A DNA stretch of 64,000 nucleotides from assembly GCA_963829105.1 (NCBI GenBank), contig CAWHHF010000022.1, forward strand, positions 586,196 to 650,195, written 5' to 3'. Under the pieces are notes generated by a model, which was given only the letters and a program-made list of their open reading frames with translations, had not been told where the DNA came from and made no database searches. The translations under genes and the position numbers were made by a program. Below are positions 59,998 through 64,000 of the stretch, in pieces. Each line of letters opens with the position of its first letter. Positions within the stretch are counted from its first letter, which is position 1. The stretch comes from an uncultured Chloroflexia bacterium (lineage in GTDB: Bacteria > Chloroflexota > Limnocylindria > Limnocylindrales > CSP1-4).

Positions 59998-62835
59998 ATG
60001 GACCAGCAGACGACCGTGAGCCTGGTGGTGAACGGCCGCCCACGCAGCCTCGACGTCGCGCCGGGGTGGAGGCTGCTGGAGCTCCTGCGCGAGGGGCTGG
60101 GCCTCGTCGGGACCAAGGAGGGCTGCGACGACGGCACGTGCGGAAGCTGCGTGGTGATGGTCGACCGGAAGGCCGTGCGCGCCTGCCGCACCCCCGCGAC
60201 GGGCGTGGGCGGCAAGGACGTCCTGACGATCGAGGGGCTCGGGAGCACCACGAGCCCGCACGCCCTCCAGCAGGCATTCGCGGCCGCCGATGCCGTCCAG
60301 TGCGGGTTCTGCACGCCCGGGATGATCATGGCGGCCGCCGCGCTGCTCGATCGCAATCCCCGGCCCAGCCGGGGCGAGATCGTCCGCTGGCTGGGGAGCA
60401 ACCTGTGTCGCTGCACGGGCTACGCGGGCATCGTGGACGCGATCGAGTGGGTGGCGAACGGGCAGCAGGGCGCGCCGCGCCGATGGCCGGCGGGCCCGGA
60501 GCCCGGCAGCCCGGCGTGGTCTCCGGAGTCGTCGTGGTCGACGGAGTCGACCTGGTCGCCCGAGTCACCGCGGCCGCCGGAGGCCGCCGGGCACCGACGC
60601 ATCGACGCGCTGGACAAGGCGACCGGCCGAGCCAGCTACGCGGCGGACCTGACGGTCGACGGGATGCTGCACGCGCGCGCTCTGCGGAGCCCGCATGCCC
60701 ACGCCGACATCCTGCGCATCGACACGGGGCGCGCCCGCCTGGTGCCGGGAGTCGAGGCGATCCTGACGGCACGGGACGTCCCGGGGCTGAACAGCTATGG
60801 ACGCAAGGTGAAGGACGAGCCCGTCCTCGCGGAGTCCAGGGTCCGGAAGGTGGGCGATCCCGTCGCGCTCGTCGTGGCGACCTCCCCGGAGGCCGCGGCC
60901 ACGGCCCTCTCGATGATCGAGGTGGAGTATCGCGAGCTTCCCGCCGTGTTCACCCCCGAGGATGCGCTCGCGGACGGCGGCCCGCAGATCCATGAGGGTG
61001 GCAACCTGCTGGCCGAGCACTCACTCCGGTCGGGTGACACGGGGGATGGGTTCGCCGGCGCCGACGTCGTGGTCGAAAGCACCTACACGACCCCATGGAA
61101 TGAGCACGCCTACCTCGAGCCCGAGGCCGCGCTGGCCACCTGGGAGGGCGACACGCTGGTCGTGCGGACGGCGACGCAGTACTCCCACTACCACCGCTCC
61201 GAGATCGCGCGGACGATGGGGCTGCCGCTCGAGCGCGTCCGGGTCATCCCCACCGTCGTGGGGGGCGCGTTCGGAGGCAAGACCGAGATCTCGTGCCAGT
61301 GCCTGGTGGCGCTCGCCGCCTGCCGGACGGGCCGGCCGGTCAGGATGGTCTACAGCCGCGCCGAGTCCTTCGAGACGACCACGAAGCGGCACCCGTACCG
61401 GATCCGGGTCCGGATGGGCGCGACGAGTGGCGGCGAGCTCACCGCCCTCGAGGTCGACATGCTGGCCGACACCGGCGCGTACGCGTCGTTCGGCCCCGGC
61501 CTGATGGTCAAGACGTTCGCATCCGCGACCGGGCCCTACCGCTGGCCCGCCGTCGACCTCCACGGCCGCGTGGTGTTCACCAACAACCCCACCGCCGGGT
61601 GCATGCGTGGGCCGGGCACGACGCAGGTCGCGTTCGCCGTGGAGTCGCAGATGGACCAGCTGGCCGAGCGGCTGGGCATGGATCCGCTCGATCTCCGTGC
61701 GCGAAATCGCCTGCGGCAGGGCGACCGCCTCCTGTCCGGCCAGATCCTCGGGCGCGACCCGGCCTACCTCGCGACCCTGGAGGCCGTCCTGCCGCACTGG
61801 CGCGCGGCGCTCGAGCGACGTGCCGAGGCCTCCGATCTGCCGGCCACGCGGCGGCGGGGGGTGGGCGTGGCGTCGATCTGGTACGGGATCGGCGGAGGAG
61901 GCGGTGGCCCGGTCCCCGGACACGATCCGACCGCCACGGTGGGGCGAGGGCCGGGACGAGCCGCCCTGGATCTCCGCGAGGACGGCTCGGTCCGCGTGCG
62001 GACCGGAGCGGTCGACCTGGGGCAGGGGAGCACCACCGCCATGGGCCTGATCGCCGCGGAGGAGCTCGGTGTGCCGTTCGAGCGCATCGAGGTCCAGACC
62101 GGGGACACCGGCACCTGCCCCGATGCCGGTCCCGCCGTGGGCAGCCGGGTGACGTTCTTCGTCGGCAACGCCGTGCGGAACGCCGCCGCCGATCTCCGGG
62201 AGGCGATCCTCGGGACGGCGAGCGGGCTCCTGGACCGGCCGTTCGGCGACCTGGAGCTCGGCGATGGAATGGTCAGGGTACGCGGCGACCACGGGGCCTG
62301 CGTCCCGTTGGCCGAGATCGCCCGGGTCAGGGCGGACGCCGGGCGGACCAACACGTTCGACGGCTACTTCGACGCCGACGTCCCGGCGTTCGATGCCGGC
62401 TCCGGGCTCGGCGAGCCGTACGCGATGTTCGTCAGCGGGACACAGATGGCGGAGATCGAGGTCGACACCGAGTCCGGGACGGTCCGGGTGCTGCGCGTGG
62501 TCGCCGCCCACGACGTCGGCAGGCCGGCCTTCGTCGAGGGCGTGATCGGCCAGATCGAGGGAGGGATCGCGATGGGCGTGGGCTTCGCCCTCAAGGAGGA
62601 CTTCGTCGTCGGCCGGACCCGCGGCTTCAAGCACTACCGGATCCCCAGGACGACCGACATGCCGGAGATGGTGACGATCCTGGTGGGTCAGCCCGGTGAC
62701 CCGCCGGAGCTGGACTTCAAGGGCGTGGCGGAGTGCTCGAACATGGTCGTGGCCCCGGCCATCACGAACGCCATCGCCCATGCGCTGGGCCAGCGGGTCC
62801 TCCACCTGCCGGTCCGACTCGAGGGCCGGGCCTGA
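59998..62835 (+). CDS. xanthine dehydrogenase / aldehyde oxidase family molybdoenzyme, fused [2Fe-2S] plus molybdopterin-binding subunits (no FAD domain)
   Basis: N-terminus CDDGTCGSCVV...CGFCTPGMIM...CRCTGY (2x 2Fe-2S). Then a Ser/Pro linker. Then the MoCo domain (TPWNEHAYLEPEAALA, GGAFGGK, ...AGCMRGPGTTQ...). Confidence 0.85.
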   Translation: MDQQTTVSLVVNGRPRSLDVAPGWRLLELLREGLGLVGTKEGCDDGTCGSCVVMVDRKAVRACRTPATGVGGKDVLTIEGLGSTTSPHALQQAFAAADAVQCGFCTPGMIMAAAALLDRNPRPSRGEIVRWLGSNLCRCTGYAGIVDAIEWVANGQQGAPRRWPAGPEPGSPAWSPESSWSTESTWSPESPRPPEAAGHRRIDALDKATGRASYAADLTVDGMLHARALRSPHAHADILRIDTGRARLVPGVEAILTARDVPGLNSYGRKVKDEPVLAESRVRKVGDPVALVVATSPEAAATALSMIEVEYRELPAVFTPEDALADGGPQIHEGGNLLAEHSLRSGDTGDGFAGADVVVESTYTTPWNEHAYLEPEAALATWEGDTLVVRTATQYSHYHRSEIARTMGLPLERVRVIPTVVGGAFGGKTEISCQCLVALAACRTGRPVRMVYSRAESFETTTKRHPYRIRVRMGATSGGELTALEVDMLADTGAYASFGPGLMVKTFASATGPYRWPAVDLHGRVVFTNNPTAGCMRGPGTTQVAFAVESQMDQLAERLGMDPLDLRARNRLRQGDRLLSGQILGRDPAYLATLEAVLPHWRAALERRAEASDLPATRRRGVGVASIWYGIGGGGGGPVPGHDPTATVGRGPGRAALDLREDGSVRVRTGAVDLGQGSTTAMGLIAAEELGVPFERIEVQTGDTGTCPDAGPAVGSRVTFFVGNAVRNAAADLREAILGTASGLLDRPFGDLELGDGMVRVRGDHGACVPLAEIARVRADAGRTNTFDGYFDADVPAFDAGSGLGEPYAMFVSGTQMAEIEVDTESGTVRVLRVVAAHDVGRPAFVEGVIGQIEGGIAMGVGFALKEDFVVGRTRGFKHYRIPRTTDMPEMVTILVGQPGDPPELDFKGVAECSNMVVAPAITNAIAHALGQRVLHLPVRLEGRA

Positions 62836-62908
62836 TCCGGCCGACCTGATCCGCCTGGTGGGGCAACGGACGCCTCGGGGATGGCTCGCGGGCGCGGATC
62901 CGTGCGCT

Positions 62909-62930
62909 CCGGTGCGTCTGCGCACCGCTT
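62909..62930 (+). terminator. possible intrinsic terminator hairpin
   Basis: cCGGTGCG-tctg-CGCACCGcttt is a 7-bp GC stem followed by a weak T-tract, about 75 bp after the molybdoenzyme stop. Confidence 0.25.
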
Positions 62931-63270
62931 TCCGCAGTTCCTGACGAACGGCCCTACCGCCGGGCCCGGAGTCCGGCGACCTTGGCCGGGCAAGTGGAGG
63001 AGCGCCGACGCACGGTCCGTCCTGGGACCGCCTCTGCTGCGCCGAGTCATCGGAGGGACCGAACCACTGCAGGTTCGTGCGTGTCCGGCAGGTCAACGGC
63101 CTGGCTGCAACTGCGCGTGTTTCCCCCTCCCGTGGTCCGGCGTGCGCTGGGCGCTCCGCAGCCGGGGCTCCGGCGTCGATTGACGACAGAAGGGAGGCGC
63201 TTCTTCCGGGGTTCGGCCGGCTCGTGATCCGTTCGACTCGACTCACACCGTCGCATGGAGAGAGGGAGAC

Positions 63271-64000
63271 ATGATGGGTTGGGAGCGCTCCAAGCGGGGC
63301 GCCAGTCTGTTCTTCACCGGTGTCCTGGCGCTGGCGCTGCTGCCGGCGGCGTCATCGGCGACACCGGTTAGCGCCAAGGACATCCAGTCGGCAAGCATCT
63401 TCAGTGCCGGCAAGTTCAATGCCCACTACGTCGCGCCGCGCGACACCGCTATCGAGAGCACCCTCGAGAAGGAGGGGATCCTCCTGCCGGGCTCGAGCCC
63501 GACGGTCAGGAGCCAGGCCATCGAGAAGTGGCGCCAGGCCTTCATCGAGCGGAACCCGACGACCCCGTACCCCGACAAGCTGCAGAAGCTGCTGGACAAG
63601 GAGCGCGGGGCGGTCAAACTTGCGACGGCGACCAAGACCGAGGCCGCGAGCCCGATCAAGAGCCTGGTGGTGCCCGTCGAGTTCCCCAACAAGGACACCT
63701 TCGACTGGTGCGACACCCAGGTGACGACGCAGGGCCCTCTCCACAACCAGATCCCGCCCCCCGGCCCCAGGGACAACAACACCGTCTGGTACCAGGACAC
63801 CACGCCGTCCCTGTACAACGAGCTGTACTTCGGCGTCGGCCCCAAGGCCGGCGTGATCGTCCAGCACCCGAACCTGGGCGCCGTCGACCTGCGCGGCAAC
63901 ACGATGGCCAACTACTACCTGGAGCAGTCCGAGGGCAAGTTCGTGCCGTCGGGCACGATCTACCCGAAGTGGCTCCAGGCGGCCCACTCGGAGGGGTGGT
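63271..64000 (+). CDS. M6 family (immune inhibitor A-like) metallopeptidase, N-terminal part (3' end outside window)
   Basis: MMGWERSKRGASLFFTGVLALALLPAASSA (signal). ...SLVVPVEFPN...SLYNELYFG...MANYYLEQSEGKF...GTIYPKW resembles the InhA/M6 N-terminal region. GAGGGAG RBS. Confidence 0.55.
   Translation, partial: MMGWERSKRGASLFFTGVLALALLPAASSATPVSAKDIQSASIFSAGKFNAHYVAPRDTAIESTLEKEGILLPGSSPTVRSQAIEKWRQAFIERNPTTPYPDKLQKLLDKERGAVKLATATKTEAASPIKSLVVPVEFPNKDTFDWCDTQVTTQGPLHNQIPPPGPRDNNTVWYQDTTPSLYNELYFGVGPKAGVIVQHPNLGAVDLRGNTMANYYLEQSEGKFVPSGTIYPKWLQAAHSEGW

Overview
This is a high-GC (about 70%) monoderm-like genome segment, probably Actinobacteria or a related phylum. That assignment is inferred from GC content, the NrdR-Dcd and EtfBA arrangements, the many ECF sigma factors, LAL/LuxR regulators and a CcdA-type system II cytochrome c maturation gene. 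Positions 1-6.3 kb are housekeeping: an acyl-CoA dehydrogenase 3' end, etfB-etfA, nrdR, dcd, an MBL-fold hydrolase, and ccdA plus a glutaredoxin-like gene. A tRNA-Arg(CCT) sits at 6.4 kb. From there to about 20.5 kb is an accessory, regulator-rich stretch (LuxR-HTH/TPR, ECF sigma, MalT-like LAL, TetR, an ECF sigma/Kelch anti-sigma pair, beta-lactamase-like, ABC transporter). Many of these genes are interrupted by frameshifts, in-frame stops or truncations. This is either gene decay in an island or indel-type sequencing error, and the two cannot be told apart from sequence alone. The 21-36 kb stretch holds small-molecule metabolism and regulation: VOC, a SigJ-like ECF sigma, DHFR-like, an alpha/beta hydrolase, a PLP-dependent Cys/Met enzyme, Zn-ADH, SDR, cupin, a TetR-controlled ABC exporter, and a NarL-type two-component system. 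The two most notable loci come next. At 36.6-43.1 kb there is a giant secreted multicopper oxidase (about 2100 aa if repaired). It carries about 10 novel 'GGxGYTxAP' repeats, FN3, MBG and Ig-like repeats, and all four copper-site motifs. It is followed by a secreted beta-helix protein. At 46.2-51.7 kb there is a minus-strand electron-transfer cluster: a 2x[4Fe-4S] ferredoxin, an FAD-dependent pyridine-nucleotide oxidoreductase, a 5-TM His-rich (putative heme b) membrane protein, a 27-heme c-type cytochrome (665 aa), and a membrane-anchored protein with two further CxxCH motifs. This cluster is a candidate for an undescribed extracellular electron-transfer or metal-redox conduit. The 3' end carries a pyruvyl transferase, an APH-family kinase, a ChrB-like gene, an ABC transporter, a fused 2Fe-2S/molybdopterin xanthine-dehydrogenase-family enzyme, and a partial M6 (InhA-like) metalloprotease. 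No CRISPR array, integrase or transposase was recognised.
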